Positions 29,591 through 37,444 of a stretch of 37,554 nt of DNA are shown piece by piece. The translations under genes were made by a program, and so were the position numbers. The stretch's first letter is position 1; each line of letters starts with the position of its first letter. The DNA is from Lysobacterales bacterium (GTDB lineage Bacteria > Pseudomonadota > Gammaproteobacteria > Xanthomonadales > SZUA-5), in assembly GCA_022844165.1 (NCBI GenBank), contig JALHMH010000042.1, positions 1 through 37,554 on the forward strand, written 5' to 3'. Below the pieces are notes generated by a model. The model was not told the origin of the DNA. It saw only the letters and a list, made by a program, of their open reading frames with translations, and did no database searches.

Positions 29591-31816
29591 TCACTCGAAA
29601 CCGTTGGCGAACAGTGCATCCGAAGTACCACGAATGGCCACACTCAAACGCGCATCGGGTTGCCCGGCAGCGCGGAAGATCAAGTGACCGAACGCCGTGG
29701 TGGTGATTCCGGCCGGCGCAGTGACCGCCACTTGAATGGTCACGGTTGCTGTTTCGGAACTGCTGGCGCCGAAGGTGAAGCTCGACGGTGTCACCGTGAT
29801 CTGCGTGCCCGCTGGCGCGTCAGAGACAATCGCGTTCCAGGTGCCGGCCAGACCCTGCGCATTGCGGAAGGTACGGGTGAATGTGCAGCTGCCGTTGCAA
29901 GTGGTGTGTCGCAAGCTGGGCAAGTTCAAGTTTCGCGGTTGGCCACCTGAGCCAGGATTGGCCGCCAGGAAGTTTGAAAACGTCTCGTTCATCACCAATC
30001 CACTGCGGACGGCAGCGGCCACATCGACTCGCCCGTTACCCACTTCATCCGCGTGCCAGGTTGCGGATGCTGCAGCGTTCAGGCCGTCGCGTTTGGCTGT
30101 CATTTGCAGCGCACTCTTGACTTCTTGCGGTGTCCAGCCCGGATGCGCAGAACGAACCAGCGCGCCGGCACCGGCTACGTGCGGCGAAGACATCGACGTG
30201 CCGGTCAAAAAGCCGAACTGGCCCGCATTTGGCGACACTGCGGCATAGATGTTGGTGCCGGGACCGGTGATGTCGGGTTTGGTCACATCGAAAGAGTTGT
30301 TTGGCCCGGTCAAACTGCCGCCATTCAACACATCAGCGAATGCCGGGTCCGTGACGCGAACGGCCGGCGCGGTGATCGTCATTTGCGACGCAGGATTGGC
30401 GATCAAAAAATCGCGAATCGCATTGCCGCTGGTGTTGGAGATCATCGCGCCAGGAATGGCCAGGGCGGGCATGGATACGGGAGGACCGCCTACGTTGTTG
30501 TACACCAGAATGTGCGTTGCGCCAGCCGATTGTGCGTTGAGCGCCTTTTCAGTGAAGTTGCAACTGCCACGTTGGATCAGGGCGATTCGTCCGGCCATAC
30601 TGCCAGCGGCGTATGGCGATGTTGCGCCGCAACCCTGCTCGCTACCCAGCGCCGCACCCACGGCGACGGAAGCCGTGACGGTCGCCGGGATTGGCGTAGC
30701 ACTGGCCTGGCTGGCCACGTTTTGCGGACCTCCCTGCACAGAAAGCGGGAAGCCTTCGATGCGATCATGCGTTGAATTCGCAACGGTCATCACCCACGGG
30801 CCGCGATGGTTTACATTGCCCAGTGGAGTCGGAATCGTCGCGCTGGTATTGCCAGCGGAGGCCGCAACGAAAATATCGGCATTGACCATGTCGAGAAATC
30901 CGCGGTCATTGTCGGACCAAGGGCTATTGCCGCCGGAGATCGAGAAATTCATCACGTCGATGCCATCGGCGATGGTGGCTTGGATCGCGGCAAGAATCGC
31001 GGCGCCCTGGCAGCTCGCCGAGGTACACACTTTGTAGTGGCGCAGACGCGAACATGGTGCGACACCGGAGATCTCCCAGCGCAACGGCACACCGAGGTAG
31101 GTCAAGGGCGGCACGAGACGCACACCAACGGCGGTGCTTGAGGTATGAACGCCGTGGCCGATATTCGTCGTGTCTTCTGGTGTCGCACCAGTACACGTCG
31201 AGCCACTGCTCGCGCCACAGTCCACGGCGCTGATCTGCTTGGGCAGAGCCACGCTGAATCCACAGCTCGGGTCATTACCGAAAGACGGGTGGGCGCTATT
31301 GGCGCCACCATCAAGAATGCCGACCACAATGTTCTCGCCGCGGTTTGGCGCATTGTTTGGCATGGCGCTGCCGTTCCAAACCAAAGGCGCGTTGATCAGC
31401 GTCGGACCAGAGTCCGTTGACAGCTCATAGGTCGGTGCAACTTCGACACTGCTGACGCCCGGCAATTGCCGTAACTTGTCGGCTTCACCATCGGTCAGTT
31501 CGGCGGAGAACCCGCTCATCGTGATGTCGTAGCGATGCGGCGTCGCGATTTCGCGGCCCAGCACCTTCTTCGCCTCGACGATCGTACCGTCGATCGCCGC
31601 AGCCAGGTGCGCCCGATACGCGATAGCGGCGTCCGATCGTACATTAAGCTTGCGTTCGCCGGTTGCACGCAACGCGGTGGGTGCGATGCCTTCCACTTTG
31701 CCTTCGTAATACAACACGCCAGGCTCGGCCATGCGCACAATATAAGACTGCGTTTCCGCCGCCTGACCCAACGACACCCAGCCCAAGAAACCCAACAGCA
31801 ATGCTGTGCGACGCAT
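29591..31816 (-). CDS. Secreted S8 serine peptidase with I9 propeptide, PA domain and C-terminal DALFANGFE motif
   Basis: Signal peptide, YIV..GFSA propeptide, ILDGG / HGVHTSST / GTSMSSPH triad, IALIQRGSCNFTEKA PA domain, Fn3-like tail. Confidence 0.93.
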   Translation of the reverse strand: MRRTALLLGFLGWVSLGQAAETQSYIVRMAEPGVLYYEGKVEGIAPTALRATGERKLNVRSDAAIAYRAHLAAAIDGTIVEAKKVLGREIATPHRYDITMSGFSAELTDGEADKLRQLPGVSSVEVAPTYELSTDSGPTLINAPLVWNGSAMPNNAPNRGENIVVGILDGGANSAHPSFGNDPSCGFSVALPKQISAVDCGASSGSTCTGATPEDTTNIGHGVHTSSTAVGVRLVPPLTYLGVPLRWEISGVAPCSRLRHYKVCTSASCQGAAILAAIQATIADGIDVMNFSISGGNSPWSDNDRGFLDMVNADIFVAASAGNTSATIPTPLGNVNHRGPWVMTVANSTHDRIEGFPLSVQGGPQNVASQASATPIPATVTASVAVGAALGSEQGCGATSPYAAGSMAGRIALIQRGSCNFTEKALNAQSAGATHILVYNNVGGPPVSMPALAIPGAMISNTSGNAIRDFLIANPASQMTITAPAVRVTDPAFADVLNGGSLTGPNNSFDVTKPDITGPGTNIYAAVSPNAGQFGFLTGTSMSSPHVAGAGALVRSAHPGWTPQEVKSALQMTAKRDGLNAAASATWHADEVGNGRVDVAAAVRSGLVMNETFSNFLAANPGSGGQPRNLNLPSLRHTTCNGSCTFTRTFRNAQGLAGTWNAIVSDAPAGTQITVTPSSFTFGASSSETATVTIQVAVTAPAGITTTAFGHLIFRAAGQPDARLSVAIRGTSDALFANGFE

Positions 31817-32029
31817 ACGACCATCCTCCCAGATTCGAGCGCAGCGATATAACATGAAGCTTCATGAACCGTGTCAACCTTTCGTAACGCAAGGCTAACT
31901 ACCTGGGGCATGACCACCCTCGTCGCCACCGACCGATGCGAGATGTTTGGCGAGTACGGGACGGTGTAACGCAGGACCGCCACCCGCCGCGCGAACTTCC
32001 TACAAGCGGCCAATCCACACGCATCGTCA

Positions 32030-32660
32030 GCACCGCAACATCTGTGACCAGCGTGCATGCAATTCACAGCGACCATCTGAACACACCAAGAGCCCTGTCG
32101 AATCCGCAACTACAAGTTGGGCAGCCGTCCGGCACCGTGGTTTGGCGATGGTGCTTGAATCAGGCCTCCGAAACCGGCAGCAACGCATTCGGTGCCCAGC
32201 GCGACGACAAAGACCCAGACGGCAACAGCGTCACCGTCAATTTCCGCTTGCGCTTCCCAGGGCAGTTGTATGACGATGCCACCGGGCTGCACCACAACTA
32301 CTTCCGGGACTATGAGCCGGGCACGGGTAGGTGTGTTGAGAGTGATCCGATTGGGTTAGAAGGTGGGCTAAGTTCCTTTGGTTATGGATCCCAATCACCG
32401 CTTCGCTTCATTGATCATCTTGGACTAAGTGCAACGTGCGGAGAAAAATGCGATCACAAGTCGCCTGGCCCTTGCGCAAAAGCCTGTCCAGATTTTTATG
32501 ATTGTCTTGACTGCTGGAAACGCCATATAGATCACTGTAAAAAATCAAGGCTGGCTTGCTTGGCTGGCTTCGCAGCTGCGCCCCAAGCAAAACACAGAAA
32601 GACATTTGTGTTGGTATATGCCTTGGCGCTTCGCCAAAGAAGGGAGAGGAAGACTTATGA
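32030..32660 (+). pseudogene. Orphan Rhs repeat-associated core plus Cys-rich C-terminal domain (5'-truncated, frameshifted; start approximate)
   Basis: HSDHLNTPR, LRFPGQLYD..GLHHNYFRDY..GR..SDPIGL.GG, DHLGL (DPxGL variant); frameshift near 32581. Confidence 0.85.
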
Positions 32661-33058
32661 CGCGGTTATTCGCCCGATCGTTAATAGGTGTACTTGTGGT
32701 CTTCGTGTCATTAATCGGATGTCGCACAGACCACACTGTACCGAGAGACGAGCAGCTGTTCATGCTGGTGAATATTCTCAACGGACTTTCAAAAACCGCG
32801 AATAGTATGGGGCCGGAAAGGTGCACGCTACTGCCAGCCTGGAGCTTGGTTGCAACCGAGCTGGAAGGGTATTTGAGCGGATATTATAGTCCGAAATATC
32901 TCGAAACGAAATTCGAGTGCGGTGGCTCTCTGACGTGCACGGTGACCGAAAAGAGAGCATTCGACGGGATGGCTCGCGCAGGGCAGGTAGACTTTTCCTC
33001 TTGTGGTAAGGAGATCAAATTTCCCTTTCTGGGCTTTGAGGGAAATGCGCTCCAATAG
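32657..33058 (+). CDS. Putative immunity lipoprotein
   Basis: MTRLFARSLIGVLVVFVSLIGC lipobox, GAGAGG RBS, directly after the Rhs C-terminus, lower GC. Confidence 0.65.
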   Translation: MTRLFARSLIGVLVVFVSLIGCRTDHTVPRDEQLFMLVNILNGLSKTANSMGPERCTLLPAWSLVATELEGYLSGYYSPKYLETKFECGGSLTCTVTEKRAFDGMARAGQVDFSSCGKEIKFPFLGFEGNALQ

Positions 33059-33104
33059 AAACCAAGAGAAGACAGTAAATAAAGGGAACGAATAGAGAGA
33101 TCCG

Positions 33105-33811
33105 ACACGTATGGACGCCTCCTGTCAACACCTGATCTGCTGTTAGCTCTTGCTTGAAAGTTGGTTGTTTGAGTCAAAGTCGTCCCGTCTCGAAGATCGA
33201 GTTCGGTATGCCGCGATATGTTGGATTTCTGTTGCGAGTTCTGCTTCGTTCCAGCGTTTCGATCGACTTTCGCGCACATCGGCGGTACGGTTCTCGGACA
33301 CGTATACGGCGTCTTGGTGGTGCCTTGTGTTGCGCACCGCGCCGGGATGACATTCGACTCTGGCTGGCCCTAACAGCCACGCTGGCTGGCCCTAACAGCC
33401 ACGCGCGTTCGAGACGCGTGTCCCAGACGGGCTCTTGCCAAAGACGGTGACCGTTTCGCTTCATCGCGGAGAGAGGCTTTCGATGGCTGGGTTCCGCTCC
33501 TCTGTTGCCCGTGCTCTTTTGCTCTTCAGCTTTTACCTGCCAAACGCTTAGCTTTTGATCTTGGCTTTGATCGCTTCATGCTCACGCCGCAGCCTTCTCG
33601 CGCTTGGGCCGGAACGCTCGCTCTGCGGTGTATTCGGTCTCGCCGCGAGCCACGGCCCAGCCGATCCGCGCCAGCTTGTTCGCTAACGCCACAATGGTCC
33701 GCGCGCGGCCGCGACGCGCGGCGAGATCGCAAATCCATTGGCTCTTCGCATCCTTGCCGCGGTGCGCCCAGCGCACCACCGCTCGCGCACCGTGGATGAG
33801 CGCGGTGCGCA
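33105..33811 (-). mobile_element. IS110 family (IS1111 group) remnant: transposase C-terminus, downstream non-coding region and right end
   Basis: RTALIHGARAVV..VALANKLARIGWAV (33582-33812), ~470-bp non-coding region, then TTGACA-GGAGGCGTCCAT sub-terminal end typical of IS1111 elements. Confidence 0.8.
33360..33403. repeat. 22-bp perfect tandem duplication
   Basis: ctggctggccctaacagccacg x2. Confidence 0.95.
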
Positions 33812-34321
33812 CGATTTAAAAGCTAACTGCTCGACGACGAAGCAGCTCTTGCTGCGGCGATGGCATACGTTGATCTCAATCCAGTTCGCGCCGGCATCGC
33901 CAATAGCGTCGACAGCAGCGATCACACCAGCGTCCAGAAGCGCGCCGAGGACTTACGCAACGACCCAAGCAAGGCCGATGCGCCGCTGATGCCATTTACT
34001 GGCGTTCGCTTGGGAATTGCCGTTTTCAAGAGCGACACCTTTTCGCGACTGGCGATCAGCAATCGCCAGTACTTCGAGTTGGTGGACTTCACCGGCCGTC
34101 AGATCAAGCCCGGCAAACGCAGCAAGATCGACGAGCGCGAACCATCGGCGCTGAGCAAGCTTGGGCTCGGTGCCGATCAATGGACCGGCGACGTCAAAGG
34201 CATCGGCTCCGGGTATTGGCGATGGGTCGCGAGCGTAGAAGCGCTGGAAGCCAAAGCCGCAGAGTGGAAGCGGCAGTGGCTCAAGGGCATCGGCTATGCC
34301 CGGAGTCTTGCGACCCGGTGA
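33812..34321 (+). pseudogene. Y1 HUH (RAYT-like) transposase, C-terminal remnant
   Basis: RFKS*LLDDEAALAAAMAYVDLNPVRAG..SDHTS..YFELVDFTGR; in-frame TAA at 33824; N-terminal HUH part absent. Confidence 0.8.
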
Positions 34322-34443
34322 GAGCCATCACACGGGATTCTTGGCGCCGCGGGCGTCTGGGCGTGTTGGTTGCGCTAAAAGCACTTTCCAGAAACGTCGC
34401 ATTGAGGCCGCAGGTACCGCTAGTCGGCTCTTGACCCATGATT

Positions 34444-34493
34444 CGATGGATGTCCAGTTCTCCCGGCGCGATGGATGTCCAGTTCTCCCGGCG
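34444..34493. repeat. 25-bp perfect tandem duplication
   Basis: cgatggatgtccagttctcccggcg x2. Confidence 0.95.
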
Positions 34494-34778
34494 CTCGACC
34501 ACGGCCGATGTCCTGGCAACACAATCCACGGCGAACTCGGCTATGTAACCCCACTCGCCACCACCGCTGCCATTGGAGATCGGCGCCAGAGAGCCAAGAA
34601 ATGCACGTGGCAGCAGCCCACGAAACGAGAGGCCAAATCAGCGCAAATCGCCCCACGTCGATCCCGCAACATCCAACCGCGACAATACCGCCACTCATGA
34701 CATCGAATTCGACCGATGTCGCGACGACACCCTCCAAAAGCTATTTCCTTGGGCGCGACACACGCCACGCAGGGGCTC

Positions 34779-34833
34779 GTCCAACAAACGCTTCAGATCG
34801 CGGCTGCGCGCGATCTAAGCTTATTCGTTGGGC
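34779..34833 (+). other. attC-like site (asymmetry suggests + orientation)
   Basis: GTCCAAC-aaac-GCTT(C)AGATCGCG..CGCGATCTAAGC-ttattc-GTTGGGC. Confidence 0.7.
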
Positions 34834-34839
34834 GCGAGG

Positions 34840-35052
34840 CTACGCGGCAACGTCAACAAAACGGCTGGACGAATGCGGTGCCGGAAAAGGCTGTCCCATG
34901 TCTCGGAGGCCTTCAAGATGGAACTCAATGGCTTCCTGAATAAGCGCAAGAACCTCTTGCTCGGACTCACCTGCTGCGACGCACCCCGGAAGGTCAGGCA
35001 CATAAGCGCCATAGCTGCTTGGTCCCTTTTCAACGACAACCATGTAACGCAT
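34840..35052 (-). CDS. hicB: HicB family antitoxin
   Basis: MRYMVVVEKG..YGAYVPDLPGCVAAGES..IQEAIEFHLEG. Confidence 0.93.
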   Translation of the reverse strand: MRYMVVVEKGPSSYGAYVPDLPGCVAAGESEQEVLALIQEAIEFHLEGLRDMGQPFPAPHSSSRFVDVAA

Positions 35053-35056
35053 AAGC

Positions 35057-35248
35057 TCACTCCTTCTCAAGCCCAGCTTGCTTCAACGCGCTGTTGAGTG
35101 TGCCGGGCGGAACTTCGACACTGGGTCTGCCGGCAACAGTGACCGTACCCGGCTTCGAAGGATGATGAAACTGCCGGTGACTTCCCTTTTGTCGCACCTG
35201 GCGCCAACCATCTGCTTCAATAAGCGCTATGAGGTCTTTGACTTTCAT
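35057..35248 (-). CDS. hicA: HicA family toxin
   Basis: IEADGW..RQKGSHRQF.HP.KPG.VTV..GTL.S.LKQAG. Confidence 0.95.
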   Translation of the reverse strand: MKVKDLIALIEADGWRQVRQKGSHRQFHHPSKPGTVTVAGRPSVEVPPGTLNSALKQAGLEKE

Positions 35249-35279
35249 GCGGCAAGAATGGCACAGCTTACTTTCCTAT

Positions 35280-35348
35280 GCCCAACGTTTGAATTCAGCC
35301 GACCGGACGGCGCAGCCGGCCAGGGTCGGCTGCAATGAGAGGTTGAAC
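35280..35348 (-). other. attC site
   Basis: Minus strand: GTTCAAC-ctctc-ATTGCAGC..GCTGAAT-tcaaac-GTTGGGC. Confidence 0.88.
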
Positions 35349-35578
35349 GAAGCCGCTACGCGGAGAAGTGGTCTTCGGGATGAGGATTGCGGCGTAATCT
35401 TCACGGGCATTCCTTCGCGGACCGGGGGAGTGATTGTGCCTTCAACCGTGAGGAATGACTACCATGACAGGCTTGTCCGACGAACAAGATCGTGCGCGCT
35501 TTGATGCGCTGTATCAGTGCCACCTGAAGCACCTCAAACTCAAGGGTTTGCAGCCCAAGACCATCGATGCCTGTGCGA
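35342..35578 (+). mobile_element. Truncated left end of an element encoding a tyrosine-recombinase N-terminus
   Basis: First 117 bp identical to 37438-37554; ORF from 35464 MTGLSDEQDRARFDALYQCHLKHLKLKGLQPKTIDA resembles the SAM-like N-domain of integrases paired with IS91-family transposases. Confidence 0.7.
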
Positions 35579-35789
35579 CACCATCAATGTTGTTAAAGAT
35601 CAGGAAGTTGCCTAGGTCCGATGCGCCACGCATATTCGCGGCGGTGAGTACGGAGTTGGGCTCAATTCGCTCCTCTACCCAGCGCGGGACCTCTTCTGGC
35701 TCCTGAAAGATCGCGTTCTTCGCGGAGTCCGGATCACCGCGATAGACGATCTCAAGTTCGTATTGCGATGAACCGGGCGGCAGGTGCAT
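35579..35789 (-). pseudogene. 3'-truncated gene cassette ORF
   Basis: ATG 7 bp after the GTTAGGC core (MHLPPGSSQYELEIV..); runs into the integrase remnant and has no attC of its own. Confidence 0.55.
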
Positions 35790-35796
35790 TTGTGAG

Positions 35797-35863
35797 GCCT
35801 AACGTTCGAATTCACCGGCCTGGGCGGCTTTTCGCGCAGGTCCCGTGGAATGATGGGTTGGGC
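35797..35863 (-). other. attC site
   Basis: Minus strand: GCCCAAC-ccatc-ATTCCAC..GGTGAAT-tcgaac-GTTAGGC, directly after a stop codon. Confidence 0.9.
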
Positions 35864-36391
35864 CTATTCGGGGCCGAGCGTGACATGCCAAGCAAAACAA
35901 TTTGCTAACCGTTCCGGAATGCCTGATGCGTTCTGTTTCACCCACTCGGCCACCTCACTGGTTTCGAAGATCGTTGCGGCGCCACTCCACGCGGCCAGCG
36001 GTTTGGCGCCCCTGATCGGGTTCTCTGAATAGAAGAAGTAGGGGCTATCCCCAACACTCGCATCGGAGAACACGATATACCAACCATCGCTCTTAAACGA
36101 CGCGAACACGGACACCTTCTTCAGCCTCTGCTGTTTGGCGATTGCGACCTCAAGCCGAGCCTGTTGCTCAGCCGTTAGCCCGCGGCTAACGCCAGCGCAT
36201 GGAGTTGCATTGACCCACGCAATCGACTGCTCATATTGCCGCTGGGTGATGTCCTTGTTTCGAAGCGCCTCGGCAAGAGTTTTCTCCAAGCGAGCCTTGT
36301 CTTCGGCGGAAAGCGGAGGTTCGGTCGGACCATGGTCGGCCCAAGCAGCAAGGGTAGTTCCAAGCAGCAGGGTAGCCAGCAAGCGCTTCAT
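35864..36391 (-). CDS. Cassette-encoded secreted hypothetical protein
   Basis: MKRLLATLLLGTTLAAWAD signal peptide; ORF fills the space between GTTGGGC and GCCCAAC. Confidence 0.8.
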   Translation of the reverse strand: MKRLLATLLLGTTLAAWADHGPTEPPLSAEDKARLEKTLAEALRNKDITQRQYEQSIAWVNATPCAGVSRGLTAEQQARLEVAIAKQQRLKKVSVFASFKSDGWYIVFSDASVGDSPYFFYSENPIRGAKPLAAWSGAATIFETSEVAEWVKQNASGIPERLANCFAWHVTLGPE

Positions 36392-36397
36392 GAATAG

Positions 36398-36486
36398 GCC
36401 CAACGTTGGAGGTGAGGCGGCGCATTTTGAATTAGGAACATCGCCCTTCTGACGAGGTAGCCGCTTGACGACGAGCACAGTTGTCT
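36398..36486 (-). other. Degenerate attC site
   Basis: Right half intact (ccgcctcacc-tccaac-GTTGGGC); left half poor (AGACAAC..cgtcaagcgg). Confidence 0.55.
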
Positions 36487-36507
36487 CACGGTCGCTCCCT
36501 TCTCCGG

Positions 36508-36828
36508 CTACAAGTACGCAACATTCTTGATTAGTACAAGCTTGTCTTCCGCCAGGCCAGCAAGCTGTTCTTCCTGGATCCGGCCTTCCCGCAGTAGATG
36601 GCCAAAAACGAAAACCAACTGGGAGTATCGGTAGTCGTACTTCGCATCTATGTCTCGTTGTCGGGCCTCAAGGTGGGTGCGAACTTCCCACATCTCTTCA
36701 GGCTTCGCTGCTGCAGCAGCCATCGCCTTGAATTCAGCGAGCGTTTCGGCGAGTTCCGCCTCGAGCGCAAACTCGAACAATTTGCGCGACAGACTCTTCT
36801 CGGCATTTGACCACTTGAGGTGGTGCAT
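36508..36828 (-). CDS. Fluorescence recovery protein (FRP)-like protein, gene cassette
   Basis: WS.AE..LF..A...EL..W....L...R.ID.KYD.R.S...FVF..LL.EG......L..LA.DK pattern, 106 aa; GGAGG RBS. Confidence 0.8.
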   Translation of the reverse strand: MHHLKWSNAEKSLSRKLFEFALEAELAETLAEFKAMAAAAAKPEEMWEVRTHLEARQRDIDAKYDYRYSQLVFVFGHLLREGRIQEEQLAGLAEDKLVLIKNVAYL

Positions 36829-36847
36829 CGAGGCCTCCCTTTGCGCC

Positions 36848-36937
36848 GCCTAACGCGCAGCCAAGCGGCCGCCGCTTAGCGGTGTTTGGTCGAAGCAACC
36901 CACTAGAGCGGCGGTCCGCTTGAGCATGATGATGGGC
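36848..36937 (-). other. attC site with mutated R'' box
   Basis: Minus strand: GCCCATC-atcat-GCTCAAGCGGACCGCCGCT..AGCGGCGGCCGCTTGGC-tgcgc-GTTAGGC. Confidence 0.8.
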
Positions 36938-37010
36938 AGCGGTGCTTTGCTTTTCAGATGCATTTATCCGCCTGACGCTGACGAATTGGCAAGTCTTGAG
37001 GTTCGAGCGC

Positions 37011-37373
37011 TCACGCCGGTGCTCTGCGCTGGGCGCATTGAGTCACATGAATTAAGAATGGTCTGAACAAGCGCTCGTAAGGTGGGATGAGAAGATTGTG
37101 AGGTACTGATTCGTCGAGCGATCTGGCGCTGGCTCTCGCGAGGGTCCAGTTGTCACGTCGGCCTACGAATGTGAATTTCCACCAAGCCCACTCGCCGGAT
37201 CGCATCAGTACAACATGCTCACCAAACACTTCTGTCTCGAAAGTGACGCCTGACAGAATCTCGTTAAGGCTCTCTTCGACAGGCTCGTTCGGGGGCATCG
37301 AGTACCGCTGCGACTTGACCGTCTCCCAATAGCATTGAACAAACCGTTCGGCGAATGACTCAAACGTCGCCAT
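37011..37373 (-). CDS. Cassette-encoded hypothetical protein
   Basis: 120-aa ORF MATFESFAERF.. starting 11 bp after a GTTGGGC core. Confidence 0.65.
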   Translation of the reverse strand: MATFESFAERFVQCYWETVKSQRYSMPPNEPVEESLNEILSGVTFETEVFGEHVVLMRSGEWAWWKFTFVGRRDNWTLARASARSLDESVPHNLLIPPYERLFRPFLIHVTQCAQRRAPA

Positions 37374-37384
37374 GGTCGGATCCC

Positions 37385-37444
37385 GCCCAACGCCCAGCAT
37401 CAGCGGCGGCGCGCAGCGCCGTCCGCTGCATGCTGCTGTTGAAC
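37385..37444 (-). other. attC site
   Basis: Minus strand: GTTCAAC-agcag-CATGCAGCGGACGGCGC..GCGCCGCCGCTGATG-ctgggc-GTTGGGC. Confidence 0.9.

Noticed and set aside
33168-33178. TTTGAGTCAAA palindrome shared between the IS1111 region and the CTAG repeat's right part
   Set aside because: Only 11 bp with no flanking similarity; not enough to link the repeat to this IS
34494-34764. Possible IS91 transposase C-terminal remnant
   Set aside because: No convincing protein motif in any frame; only the terminal inverted-repeat similarity is supportable
35342-35458. Group IIC-attC intron as the explanation for the attC-inserted repeat
   Set aside because: No GTGCG 5' end, domain V or reverse transcriptase; the ORF resembles an integrase N-terminus
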